Assembly: GCA_026936335.1 (NCBI GenBank)
Contig: JAPMXV010000047.1
Coordinates: 1-64,000 of the forward strand
From: Mantamonas sphyraenae STR306
Lineage: Eukaryota; Protista; CRuMs
Direction of reading: 5' to 3'
Length of the DNA: 64,000 nt
The translations under genes were made by a program, and so were the position numbers. Shown here piece by piece: positions 1 through 12,700 of the stretch; the first letter of the stretch is position 1, and the number at the start of each line of letters is the position of its first letter. The notes under the pieces are model-generated. The model worked only from the letters and a program-made list of their open reading frames with translations. It did not search any database and was not told where the DNA came from.

Positions 1-18
1 TTTCGCTCAAACACTGAC

Positions 19-612
19 ATGTCGCCCTCCCAAGTAGCAAGTAGCACTGTGCGCCTCATCCGCCAACTCATGTCCCATGCCAAACGCCGCAGGGGGTCGA
101 CATCTACTCCTACCTCACCTGCCATCAAACGGCAGCGTGTCGAGTACCTACCCGAGCTGACGCGTGGTGTGAACTCACTCCGCGCGCGCGCGTACCAAAA
201 GCGCGAGTTCTTGGCAGGCACCTTGTATGTCGGACACCTTGTGACGTCGTTGGTGACCCTCGCTGTGCATGGACACCTGAGCATAGACGCAGTGTGCAGC
301 CACCTTGCACGTTTCGCATGGTCGCGCGTGTCCAACACAACTGCAGCACTTGCCACCCTCCTCGACACCCACGATGACCTTGCTCGGCTCTCTGCGACCC
401 ACTCTATCCCTTTACTATCCAGCAAGTCTGCAGCAGAGATGTTTGTGGCGTGTTGGGTGTACGGAGGCGTCAGACTGGCTCCGTTTCCCTGCTTGGCCTC
501 GCCTGCCGGCGTTGACTTGGTTTCTAGCCTGGTTGCAAGACCGTTTGTGGGGAGCCGCCCGTGGCCCGTCCAAATCACCTCCGACTCAGGAAATTGGTGT
601 ATGACGTCCTAA
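19..612 (+). CDS. Hypothetical protein with basic NLS-like motifs; possibly the N-terminal part of the SET-domain gene
   Basis: 197-aa ATG ORF containing AKRRRG and IKRQRVE. The same frame stays open after the TAA at 610-612 (ORF 625-1272). Confidence 0.45.
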   Translation: MSPSQVASSTVRLIRQLMSHAKRRRGSTSTPTSPAIKRQRVEYLPELTRGVNSLRARAYQKREFLAGTLYVGHLVTSLVTLAVHGHLSIDAVCSHLARFAWSRVSNTTAALATLLDTHDDLARLSATHSIPLLSSKSAAEMFVACWVYGGVRLAPFPCLASPAGVDLVSSLVARPFVGSRPWPVQITSDSGNWCMTS

Positions 613-946
613 CGTGAAGAAGGGGTGGATGTGTTTACGTGCAGACCAGGTGCTGGCCTGCTGGAAGAGCCAACAATTGTCTCCGCTCCGCCCGCACAGT
701 GCAGTGAGAGCCGCGACACGACCGTGGTTGGTGTGTGCCAGTCGGTGAGGAAACACCGGCACTGGCTACACACGAACAAAGGGACTGCATGTGTTGGCAG
801 CACACGCACTCGTCAAGGGACAACGCTGATTAATACCGAGGCATCGTGTTGTCGACGAGCCGGTGGCTGCGCTGGAACGATGATGACAAGTATCAAAGAA
901 CCAAGACAAACGCTGCTGTCCTGCCTCACATTGAGAGAGAGCGGCG

Positions 947-1570
947 ATGTTGGTCCATCCGAGTTCCGGGTTTGCTTCTGTCCTGAACAGCAGCGCAGCC
1001 CCCAACTGCGCGATGATCGAGCAGGACGGCGAAGGGTGGCTAGTGACACAGCGCGACATCGCTGCTGGCGAAGAGTTGACCTGGGACTACTGCGAGGGCG
1101 ACACGTCTGGCGAACAGGACATCGGGGACGCCCCTCACACTCAACGGCTGGAGCAGGTCCACCTGACTCGCTTGGGATCCTACGTGACACTTCAACTGGC
1201 TGCATTGTACGAAAGCCGCATGGCCAAGCGATTGCTGGTGGTGAGTTCCAAAACACACGTTCGTTTGTTTGAATCGCTGGCCTGCTTCCTCACCAAGCGG
1301 TATGAGGGGCACTGCTGCGTACTCTCCACCGCCGCCGAGCTTCTGAAGGAATCTGAGACATCAACCGCCATTGCCGCCCCAACGATGTACCTCGTGTGTG
1401 CACACGCACCCAAAGGACGTGTCAACTACACCCAAGTCGTCACGGCAGCAATGGGCCTGACGTACAAGGGGATTGTGTGTCTGGTGGTACACAGCCTCAC
1501 GCCACAGTGCCATTTTTACTCGGATCTTGGCTCCCCCGACACGACACGGGTGGGCTCACGCAGGGTGTGA
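947..1570 (+). CDS. SET-domain lysine methyltransferase-like protein (C-terminal SET half; 5' part probably frameshifted)
   Basis: FASVLNSSAAPNC...RDIAAGEELTWDY matches the SET signature (RFxNHSCxPN...RDIxxGEELTxDY), with the His replaced by Ser. Confidence 0.8.
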   Translation: MLVHPSSGFASVLNSSAAPNCAMIEQDGEGWLVTQRDIAAGEELTWDYCEGDTSGEQDIGDAPHTQRLEQVHLTRLGSYVTLQLAALYESRMAKRLLVVSSKTHVRLFESLACFLTKRYEGHCCVLSTAAELLKESETSTAIAAPTMYLVCAHAPKGRVNYTQVVTAAMGLTYKGIVCLVVHSLTPQCHFYSDLGSPDTTRVGSRRV

Positions 1571-1622
1571 GGAACTTGGAAGTTCACTCGACCACACGGG
1601 ACGCACAGACACATCTTCACAC

Positions 1623-3479
1623 AATGACGAGCGACAGGTGATGAGGACCCAGCAGCGCTTGTCGGCAATGCACACACAACAACGGTGGTATTTCAAGATG
1701 TCGCGGCAAGGCTCACACGGCAAGCGCGACTGGACGATGCAGAAGCAACGCAAGATCAGCCGTCCGCACACGCCCAGGAAAGACAGCCTCTCAAGCGCTC
1801 GCGTGTGCAGGATGAACCCATCTTTCAGTTCATCCTGGATGACCAGATGGAGCACCTGGTGGAGTACCTGAGCAATCCGGGAGTGGATGAGGAAACAACG
1901 GGAGGAGCTCATGAACCACATGTACACCGTGGTACCACGCCCTCCTGCATTCCATTGCACGTTTGGCGTCTCGCTCACGACATACTTGGACTATCTCACC
2001 TAGAACGAGAGATGGTGTGGAGCCACACAGAGCCGCGTGAACGCGTAAAGTCGTTCGTCAGACGCATCCTCGAATTTTGGCGCCATCACGCAAGCCAACC
2101 AAGACGGCGCAGGGCTTCTTCTCCAGGAGATGGCGGCTTTTGCTCGAAGCAACGCACCGCGCCCCGTGCACATGGGAAGGTGTATCGGACACACTTTGCG
2201 TGGCAGCCGAAACGTCCAGCCTCGACACGATGGATGTGGAGGTTGTCGTGACGCCAACGGTGGATGAAACGCTGCAAGGATGGCTGGCTGTGTCCCTGTC
2301 TACCGCGATCACAGTGCATGAAGGGACGTCGGCAATCGATCTGATGCGTGCTCTTCTGCAGGAGGTGGTGTCGGTTGGAATTGTGGTCGCCTCGGATCAA
2401 CTGGGTCGTGTGATGGCGACACATCTGGCCAAGATAGAGTTTGTGGACACACAGGTTCTGCAGGAAGTGGTAAACATTGCGCTGACGCACACGGAGGCTG
2501 TGCAGAAGTCAACGGCGTACACGCTGCACATCAACCTGGTGATGAGTCTGTGGATGAGCTGGTCCAAGAGTGTACACAGAGTGCGCACGAATCCATCTCA
2601 GTGTCCAAGGACCCATGATCGGCAGCATGGCTGACGAAGTTTCTTTCGAAAGGTGTTCCTCGTGGTGTTTGAACACAATTCTACGATTTTATCCAAATGC
2701 ACGAGTCTGCCCACCCATTGATTTGGAGGAAGAAATGGCCACACCCAAACCCGTTTTCGATGGTGATTCTGCCTTGTATGGGCTGTGCTCACCCTCTCAA
2801 TCCATAGAAAGCACATGCCATGAGAGCACAGTGGGCTGATCGTGTGCGAGGAACGACACACCTGAGAAACGCAACAAGAACTACAGCACAACTCACCGGT
2901 TCCATCGGAGCCATCAAACACCAAACATATGGCGAGATGTCTGCGTTGAAGCCACCCGTAGCGACAGTCACCCTTTGGGGTGACCAATTTCCCGACCTCA
3001 AAAAATGAAGCGCCCACGTCACCAGCAACACTTTGGGACCACATTGCATGGTGTTCCGCAACCGCACCTTCTCCTGTGACATGTACTCGGCCGATGCGTG
3101 TTGTGATGGGAAACTCACCACTCACCTCACTCGGCCTGTGTTTAGTGTGTCCAGCCCGCTGGCAGAGATTCGAATGCACGCAGCAGCAGAAATTGTGAAA
3201 GCCAGCCAGCTCACAGGTTCCAATAGTGTGTAGGTGCAGAAACGACGTTGCCTGAAGTGTTTGCACCGATGGATATCCGTCTCGGATGCGTCACCAAGTT
3301 GCAACGCCGCTTGGGAGCATTTGGTGAACAACACCGGGTCAAACTCTCGCTCTGTACTGGCTGACTCTTCGAACCGTCTGCTAGGAGACCAAATGGAGAT
3401 ATTCAACCACTCCCAGCGTCGTTTTAACAGTGCAGAACGAGCATACGCCAACCTGGAAAAGAGGGTAAAACCAGCTTGA
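1623..3479 (+). pseudogene. Fragmented hypothetical gene(s)
   Basis: Overlapping + strand ORFs 1685-2251, 2077-2634 and 2570-2839, then same-frame pieces 2820-3008, 3033-3233 and 3234-3479 separated by single stops. No family recognised. Confidence 0.35.
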
Positions 3480-3635
3480 CGGGATCGAAAGACCACAGCG
3501 CTGTGGCCACAGCGACGGTCCAACGTGGTTATCGGTGAGAGAATACCAGATCACTGCATACTATGCCATGTATCCACATGCATGTTGATTGGCCTCAGTG
3601 CGCCGGGTTGGGCAATTTTCAAAACACCGCGCACG

Positions 3636-5055
3636 ATGACCAAGGCATCTCTACTCTCTATCGTGTCTCTGGCAGCGACTCTCATCCTACTTGCTGGACC
3701 ATCCCGTCAGACAGTGACAAACGCTCAATGGGGCGGACCTGAGGACGACTACGCTCGTTGTGTGAACGAAGCAAGCGACGGAAGCGTGTTCATCTCGGGC
3801 TGGACCAAAAGCAGCCTGGATGGCTACACAAATGCTGGCGACGCCGACTTTTACGTGACACGCATGTTCCGTAACGGGACACGTGTGTGGAGCAGGCAGT
3901 GGGGCACTGACAGAGAAGATGAGCTCGTCAGTGCAGTGGTAGATTCGCAAGACAACCTGTATGTGTTTGGCCAAACACGAGGCTCCTTGCCTGGCTTCAC
4001 GCTAAAAGGCGATCGAGACTTGGTGGTGAGCAAGCTCTCTCCGACGGGCACCATTCTGTGGAACAAGCAGTTCGGAGTCGAAGCAACGGACTACGCAGAC
4101 GTCGCAGCGATGGACGCCTCGGGCAACATCTACGTTGCTGGCAGCGTGTTTGGTTCGTTCATGAACATGACAAGTGGCAATCCTAACCTGCAAGACGTGT
4201 TGGTGGTGAAACTGGACCAGAACGGGGAGATCCTGTGTCCAGGCAGTTCTACAGCACCCCCTACATGGGCAACAGCCAGAGTGAGAGCGTGTGGACGATG
4301 GAGATCATCACACAACGCAATCTACGTAGGCGGACGCACCAGCGGAGACATCACGAACCAGAACAGAACGTACAGCAACGCCAACCACGGCTTTCTGATG
4401 AAGCTTGACCCGCAAGGCAACCGCGAGTGGGTGTGGCAGAGCAACTACACGACACCTGTACTTCCCAGAGGCATGGTGCTTCTCTCGGATGGTCTGTTGT
4501 ACACGATTGGCAACCAGGGCAGTCCCGTGTCCAAACCCTTGTTGATGCGCCACCACACGAATGGCACGTTTGTGTCATCCACTCAAGTGAACGGGGTCAT
4601 CCAAGCAGACACTAACCTGGTTGCCCCACCATGGCAGCTGTACTATGCAGGAACCATCCCAGACAACAACCTTCCCTTCAAACGCGCGCTGATCGAGATG
4701 GATCCCAACGGACCGTGATCTTGGCATCCCGATGGGACACTACACCGACTCCTTACAAACACTCGATTCCTGTCCGACGGGGCGCTGATGGTGACAGGCA
4801 AGGTGGATCAGTTCATTGCAGTTGGATTCCAGAGCGCTGGCAAAAGCGACATGTTTACGACTGAGTATGCGCCCAGTCCCAGTCCGTCCGCATCTCCGAC
4901 TCCTGGTGCATCTGCCACACCGACCCGACGCCCACAGCCACAACCTCTCCAGTGCGAGCGCTTCGTCCCAGAATGCGAGTGGCCCAACGGCCGGTGCGCT
5001 GCTCGTCATGCTGATGGCCTCTGCGGCGCTTGCCCACATGCAAGGCACGTGGTAA
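3636..5055 (+). CDS. Secreted/surface SBBP-type beta-propeller protein with Pro/Ser/Thr stalk and hydrophobic C-terminal tail (frameshifted)
   Basis: Signal peptide MTKASLLSIVSLAATLILLAG. Repeats VDSQDNLYVFGQT..DLVVSKLSPTGTILWNKQFG and MDASGNIYVAGS..DVLVVKLDQNG. PSPSPSASPTP stalk in ORF 4788-5225 and tail AGALLVMLMASAALAH in ORF 4816-5055. Confidence 0.75.
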
Positions 5056-6335
5056 AGACACGTAAAATCGTTGCTTACCCTGTCCACTTTGATCCCTCGT
5101 CCTCTGAGATATCCAGTCGGTATACGCAAAACGAGAAAACGAGAGTATCCCAAGAAGGATGGGTTTGTACAAAATCGCGCAATATCGTACAATATCCACC
5201 TCCAAGCTGTGCGCAGAATGTGTGACCTGGAGTAACACCAGGAGTGACTGGAGTGATAGAATGATTGTGAGCACAGTGCAGCCGTTGTCTGCGACTCTCA
5301 AAGTGCTGTCTGGGCTCCTTGGAGGGGTTGTTTCGGCAAGTGATTCGTCATCGTGTGTCGGCTGTGCCCTTGCTTTGGATACCCTCTCCAGATGGATCTC
5401 ACTTTGCTGTGGGTGCAACGACAGTTGTAGCTTCTGCATTGCACGGTTTTCGGTGGGCAGAGCAAAGCGACATCCTCAACACCATCCCAGCCTGGTCAGA
5501 TTCCCTTTTGCACAACGGCAATCAAACGTGCCCACCGAGCCTGTCCCTCAAATGGTCACGGTCCATACCACCGTCTGTATGAAGCAACCATGGGTTTGGA
5601 GATCCCAAGGATCGTTCTTTGGATGGGTGAGCTCCTGCACCAGAAGAGCCGACTGGGCGAAGTTGGTCCTCACGCACCAACCTCCGGCGCCTGTGGAGCC
5701 AATGCTGTCCATACCATTTCTTGAAGTAGACCGCACAGCTGAGGTGGTGGCGAAACGAGAAACCTGAGATGAGCAAACGCGACCCGGACTGCGCATGGCT
5801 CGATTGGACCACGTCTACCGTGAATCGATCGGTCGACTCCAACTCTGCTCCAATGCTAACAACTGTGCGCTCCAATAGAGTTCACACCAGGCATGGAAGA
5901 GCAGCCAAGGAGTCGGCCACAGCGGATCTTGCCTGATGCACCCTGCACATCCAGATCGCACTGGTCGGAGATTGACCCTACCTTGCCAAGCTCCACCGTA
6001 GGCCATCAGAGACACCTGTGACACCTGAAAGCTGCTTGTAGGTGTTCGATCCAACCTCTAACCGATCTTCGGTCAGAAACGCCGCGCAACAGGCTTCCAA
6101 CGCGACCTGGAGGGCAAAACCCGCGCAAGCCCTGACACCAAGCCGCTTCTCCTGCGACTGCGTGACAAGCCGGACACAGGGCCACAGACGGATGTCCAAC
6201 ACAACCATGCAGAGCATGCACCTACGGACGGAACAAAGAGGCGATTGCCACCCTGTCAGAGGGGTAGAAAGCGACGTGAACGACTCGTGCGCAACTCGCA
6301 GCAATTTCAAGCACGAAAAAAACCACCCGTCCGCG

Positions 6336-7703
6336 ATGCCGCGTTTCTTCCTTCTCATCTTGACCATTACGCTTCTGTGTGCGACACCCACACTGGCTGT
6401 ACAGACGTACACCTTTCCCGGGTGCAACGACCACTTTTCTGGGCTTGCTTCGTCTCCGGTGACACGCTCGGGCGTGCGTTGGGACGCCAGTGCGCAGGCG
6501 CTGTATGTTGTAGACACAGCATACACCACGCTTGCCAACCAGCTTTCATACTCGGGACCAGGAGTTGCGCGCGGCTTCCTGGCCAAGATGGCCCTGAACG
6601 GCACGACGGAGTGGAGCGTTCGCTTCCGGTCATTCGGGTCAGACGTGGTGCTGCAGGACGGCTCTGTGTGTTTGTGCTTGGTCGCATCTCCACCAACCCA
6701 TCCCTGACGAGCGGGCAGACAGAACTCAGTCGCGTCATGCCCAACGGCACGGTGGTGTGGAAGATGGCGGATTCGGACATGAGCCAGAGTGGGCTGCGCA
6801 TGGCTTCGTGGGGAGCGTCAGACCTGGTTCTGGTTGGACACATCGCCAACACAACAGCCAACACGGTAACGATGTATGTGCAACGGCGTGCGTCGAACGG
6901 CACGGTAAAGTGGACCACGTGTTTGGAAGTGGCGACAGCAAAGACCAAGTGCGCGAGGTGGGCGTCGATGCGAGCTCTGGAGACATCTTTGCAGCGGGCG
7001 GTGCATCCACCAACATACCAGGGTACCCGAAACCGTCTGGATTTGCGACGCGGATGTTTGTGGCACGAGTGTCGTCTGCAGGTGTGCTCCAGAGCGTGGC
7101 CTACCCTTCGTCTTCGCCCACAGGAGGGGCAACGATGGTAGACTACGACGCCAGAGCATCGCTGTAGACAGTGCGTCTAGCAAGCTGTACACTGTCGCCT
7201 ACAAGGCCGAGAACTCTGGGTGGCGCGCCACGCTGTACCAAACAGATTTTGCTGGAACACTGAACTGGCATCGTACCAATGCGTCGATCGACAACCAGTT
7301 CCCCCGACCTGCAATGGTCGATGTAGATTCCACGGGAGTGTACTACGCAACCTGGTATCTGCAGGGCACGACAACCACGCCCATCTCGGCCGTGCTGCGG
7401 TACGACGCGACCGGCTCGTTCCAGTGGTGGAAAACCTGGGCTCCAGACCACTACGTGTCTGGCATGACACTTGCAGGTGACTCCATCGTGGTGTTTGGCT
7501 TTACCATGGATGCGAGCACGTCGACCCGGTACTGCTCGCTCTCGGTGGTTGGCAAGAGTGAGCCGTCGTCGCCCACACCGGACAGCTCGACCCCAACCCC
7601 AACTCCAACGGCAGCACCCACTTCCAGCGACGCAACTCACAACCATGTTCATTTGATCCTGCTCCTCCTCACTTGGCTCTGTCTCCTTCATTTGCTGCAG
7701 TGA
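6336..7703 (+). CDS. Second secreted beta-propeller-like protein with Pro/Thr stalk and hydrophobic tail (multiply frameshifted)
   Basis: Signal peptide MPRFFLLILTITLLCATPTLA. Repeats FLAKMALNGTTEW, LSRVMPNGTVVW, VDASSGDIFAAG, VDSTGVYYA..LRYDATGSFQW spread over ORFs 6042-6707, 6245-7141, 6757-7167 and 7314-7703. Ends PTPTPT...LILLLLTWLCLL. Confidence 0.65.
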
Positions 7704-7848
7704 GATGTGGGACAGCGACTGCACACCTGACGGTATCCAACAAAAAGCAAGCGGTTGCGAAAGATTCTTTATGTTTTGTTATTGTGGTTGCTGCTGCTCC
7801 TTGACTACGGTGCGGGTTCGTCGAGCGCTCCAATCAAAGGCGCTGGGC

Positions 7849-8400
7849 TCATGTCTCTATCATTTCAAAGCCTGTCAAGTTGCTCGAACTCATGTGCTGC
7901 TGCCTATCCAGTTGTGCCTGCTGCTTCTCACTCCACACTTGTGTTTCATCGTCGGCGGTTGGATTTTCCAGGTAGATATCGTTTGACCTGTGCGCACCGC
8001 GGCGAAACTTCTTGGCAAGGTCCAGCTCGTGGAAGCTACACGGACATTGACCTTGGGCGCTCGCCTCTCCCCGGCCAGAGGAATACTGACTATTGTCCTG
8101 CTGCGTGCATTTCCAGTGGCGCCGCAGATTCTTGGCCGCTTGGGCCCAGCCGAACAGTTGCTTACCTGCCAGTATGTACGTGGCGTATTTTGGCTGTGCA
8201 CCGTCACCATCTTTCTTCGATCTCTTCATGATGGGCACACCAGCTTTCGATAGAAGTGTTTTCACAGCAGACAGTGTGAATTCTTTGTCCACCTTCTTGG
8301 TGGCCAGCAAGCAGCCATCTGAGGCCGAGTCAACATGTGTGTTGACAACGTCACGGATCTCGGCCAGGGTTTCTGCCGAGACCACTTGCCTGTCCGTCGA

Positions 8401-8432
<32 letters not shown>

Positions 8433-9186
8433 GATCGTCGTCGTTCGTGTTCGGTGTGTTGTACGCACATAACACAATGTCTTCCGGCGCCTTCTCCAGT
8501 TGCCGGAGCTCGTCGGTTGTTGGTATTCCCAGAAAACCCAGAATGCGGTCCAGAACTTCCTTGTCGTCGCTATAGTGCGGTGGTGACGTGTTTGTGCGCG
8601 ACGTGAGCGCATTTGTGTGCTTCGAGTCTCCCTGACAGTTCTCCTGCTCAGTTTCTCTGCAGATTGAAGCGTTTTCTGTGAGCATGTCAGAAGGGCAAGG
8701 TTCTGAAGGCGTTTGCAACGGTTGTCTTGGATTGAATACCAGCCACTGGATGATAAGTGCTCCTTGGGAGAGTCCAACAAAGCCACGAACTCACGGTAGG
8801 GGGATCGCTTCCCAGATACCCAGTTGTTCTGCAGGTGACATCCCGCAGTACAAGTCCACCATGTCCGGTTGCGGTCCGCTGTACTCATCATCATCCCTTC
8901 TTCGGCTGTTTTCATGTTCTTTTGCAATTCTTCCTTGTACTTCTCCTCTGACTTGTCGTTGGTACGATACTCCTCCACCTTTTGCGCGACCTGGCGCAGG
9001 AGCTTCTCGTTGACCTTCTCCAACCGCTGGACCCCGCGGCGCCTTTTCTCGTACCACCGTACATTGTTTTCCGCTTTTGAAGTGGGCGGTGTATATCGTT
9101 GGCACCGAAGCTTGACGGTGGATACGTACAAGCGCCACAGATCTGATGTTGTGTCGAGCTTGTGTCCCGAGCTGCTACTGCTACTG

Positions 9187-9222
<36 letters not shown>

Positions 9223-9769
9223 AGGTCATTGAACTCCTCACTGCTGTCTGGCTCCCCCTGATCCTTCTCAACCCGCTGGTGTTTTGCGACGGGGTTCTCG
9301 TTGTCATCAAACTCACCCCTCGGGCGTCTTCATCGCTTCGATCACGCTTGGAAGGTCGATCTGTGGCGTTCAACTCGTCCTGCGAGTTTGACGGCCCGTA
9401 CGGCACGTTGACGTCGTACACTGGTAGCTGGGGTAGGGTGACTTCACCGTCCACAGTCCAGACATGGACGTTGCTTTCGTATGGTTCCAGGACGATGCGA
9501 GCATGACCATCAACATCTGTGTCCCTCAGGGGATTGGGGCGTCGAAATAGTACACGTTCTGCCCGTTGTGCGCTAGGCCTCGCTCAAGTTGCTGAGCATC
9601 AAACGAAGAGCTTTCTGCTGCGCTCCATTTCGCCAGCAACTCTACCATGAATGCTACATCGCACGGGTCTGAGGATCCCATGTGCATGTCCCGCTGGGCG
9701 TTATGGGGACTTCCAAACAGTCTCTTGTTGCTCAACCTATCCTTGGCATGCTGACGCTTGGCGTACTGG
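7849..9769 (-). CDS. Probable frameshifted C-terminal extension of the UL9-like helicase gene (low-complexity and coiled-coil segments)
   Basis: ORFs 9526-9735, 8912-9454, 8262-9131 and 7849-8718 tile the minus strand directly after 9770. Removing one base from the A5 run near 9791-9795 joins LELLF to KHKKDFDQYAKRQHAKDRLSNKRLFG. Confidence 0.5.
8394..8443. repeat. (GTC)n trinucleotide microsatellite, poly-Asp on the minus strand
   Basis: gtcgtcgtc run visible; encodes DDDHDDDDDDDDDD in ORF 7849-8718. Confidence 0.9.
9171..9221. repeat. (CTG/CTA)n trinucleotide microsatellite, probably poly-Ser on the minus strand
   Basis: gctgctactgctactgctactgctgctg... run visible. Confidence 0.9.
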
Positions 9770-12700
9770 TCAAAGTCCTTTTTGTGCTTGAAAAAGAAGC
9801 TCCAGATTCGCGACGTAATCTTTGTGCCGTCCGACGGAGACCAAGTTCATCTGCGAGCGCAAGAACGCCTCGTTCACATCGTTCGGGACGTTTCGCACAC
9901 GGTTTACCATCTGCACAACCATCATGGGTGATGTTAAGTCGGGTTTCCGCAGAAAAGAGAATGAATCGAACGCCGTGGGCTCGACGCTCACTCCTTCAAC
10001 GATTTTGCTCGTCACAAACGTCGCGTCGTGATCTGCGCAACCTTTTGCCGATTGGCTCCTGGCCATATTGCGGAAAAGCCCTTGCTTTCTCTCGCTTTGT
10101 GCCTTGTGAAAATCGGTCAGCGGAATCCGCTTGAATGTACTCTTGCTCATGGCGTTCAGGTTGCGGACGCTCCGGTCCTGTTCCGTTTTGTCCACTCCCT
10201 TGCCCTTTACCAAGTACACGGTGGGTTTGCGGTCTGTCACAGCGGCTTGGTTTTCGGTGTAGAGCTCGCAGCAGCGTTCAAGGTCATCCACTGCAGAGAA
10301 GATGCGGTAGTCGCGGAGAAACTCCAGGTCAGCCTGTGGACGGTGCTGCCATTCGGCGATCATGCGCTGCAGAAACGTCTCCTGTGAGCGGTGGATGACC
10401 ACGTCCATGCCACGTGGCTTTTCTCGTCCGACTACGATGACACGGAAACGCAGATTGCGGTTGGGAACCAGCCTGCGGATGGTGGAAACCCAAAACGACA
10501 CCGTCTCCGGCGTCAACTCCGCCGAGGCAAAGTACAGCATCTTGGCTGTGATGAATGTGCGCAAAATACAGCCGAGGGTCGCATTAACCGGTGCGTTGTG
10601 TGCCAACGTTTGTTCCAGGAGCTTGCTCGGTAGCCGCGCGATCTCGTCGAGATTGACAAACTCAGGCTCCATGTTTTCGTGGTACACATGGCGCAGCATG
10701 CTCTCCATTGTTGAGACGACGTGTTGCACATCTTCCTTTCTGCGCTTGCCGTTGCGGATGTCATCGTACGAGACGACGCCCGGGAGGTTGTCCATCAGGC
10801 TTGGCAGCAAGGCAGTCCGGTAGATGATGCTCAGCGAGGACTGCAAAAAGGCCGATTCTTTGTCGTCTCCATCTGTGGCATGCATAAGGTAATCGGAGTG
10901 CAGACGGGCGAGGAGAAGCGACTTACCCAGAGCCGTTGGTGCGCACACAAAATAAACAAGCATCGGCAAATTGCCTTCTGCATCCTCAATCTCGATATCG
11001 TCCTGCCCTTCGTAGTCACGGCGCAGATGATCCATGTCTTGCGAGATTTTGGCCCACACCTCCTTGTCGTCTGCGCGACCGGCATGGACAAACACATCCT
11101 GCTGATGGATCTTCTCCTTGAGACCATCCAGCCAATCCTTCTCAGCCCTTTCTTTCTCCAAGTCCGACGCCATCGTTCGGGCGGGCTGTGATTGTATGTT
11201 GTACAGGATGGCGCTCATGAGCACAAGCAGCGTGTCCAGGTCCAAGTTGCACAGATCGGGCGACTTTGGTACCTGGGACACCTTGTGCCGAGGATTCCCT
11301 CCACACACAGCCCAGTTTTCGTCTTTCCGTACATACACGTACACCTTTGGCAAACGAGAGAGGGTGACGCGGATTTGTGTCCGCTCCTCTTGGTCGGTGA
11401 TGATTAGCCGCACCGCACCGTTGCCAAACGCCGAGCGGCGCACCTGTACATCTGCTTCCTCCCAGGTCTTGTCAAAAGCTCCGCTTTCGTCTGTGTTCAT
11501 CGTGTCTGTGGCTGTCTGAGTGTTGCAAGAGTCGCTCGGAAGGCGAGTTGGTATCAGACGCGCAGTCTCCTCCAAGATCCTCCCCAAATAGCGCAAACCT
11601 TCGTGTTGAGCATGCTGGGTGAGAAACGTGGACACGTACTTGTCCAGGGACATTGTGCTCTGCTCGTCGGACGTGTCGAGCCTGTGCAGCAGCCAGTTTG
11701 CCAGCACAGGAGGACACGTTTGTTCAGCTTGCATGGTGTACGGCCACAGAGCACTGGTGGAACTGTACGCTGTCAGTAGCTTGCTGTAATCCTCGCTCAT
11801 CACCAATTTCCGCACCGACTTGTTCCAAGCCTTTTGCTGCACTGTCCCCTTGAATCTCTGAAGGACAGTCACAGGGTGGTCGCTGTTCAAGCCACACATG
11901 GAAGGTGAGTGTCGTTCGGGAAGAAGCATTTCAGAGCACACCATGACGCCACCTAGCTTCTTCTCAATTTCCTTCAGGATCCCCAGCGTGCGCTCTGCGG
12001 TGTCCCGATCCACACGCAAATCCACAACCAGCTGGACGCACACAGATGGATCGTCTTTGTCAGCAGAGCGACGGACCATGATGGTGTACATAACGCTCAT
12101 GAACTCGATGTCCTCGTCCTCGTATTCGCCGACCAGCTTTTGGAGAAACTCGAGCACCACTTTCTTGGTATGCGTCACGTAAACGCCGTCGTTCTCTTCA
12201 TCGCCATCATACCGGAAGTGAACTACCAGTTTGTGATCCATGTCTTGGGCATACGTGGCCTCAGCCAGAGGCACGACGTTCTCCGCTGCATGCTCCTGGT
12301 ACCATCGCAGCATTTTCTCACAGTACCCGGGGTACTCCATGTTGCCAATACCCATGCGCGCCGTCTCTTCGCCGATTTGTACGTACACGGGGCCACCTCT
12401 TTTCCTGTACCTGCGTTCGAACATACCAAAGCCCGTGCCGAGTTTACCCTTGCCTTTTCTTTGCGCTGTGCTCGACGGCTCTTCAGCGTCTTCCCCAATC
12501 CCAACTTTGACTGTAGTGTTGTCTACATCGACTACAATCTCATTCACAGCCTCGTTGCTACCCCTCACAGGCTCGTTGCTACCCCTCACAGGCTCCACTT
12601 GTGTGGCCGGATGGTTGTGCACAGCGAGGGTGCTCTCGGCCGACGGCAGTCCAGTGTCAGTTTCCAGCTCCATGCCATCGACTGTAGCCTCATTCTTGGC

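Noticed and set aside
5159-5875. WD40-like fragment (SPDGSHFAVG in ORF 5319-5582)
   Set aside because: A single short motif with no further repeats; not enough to call.
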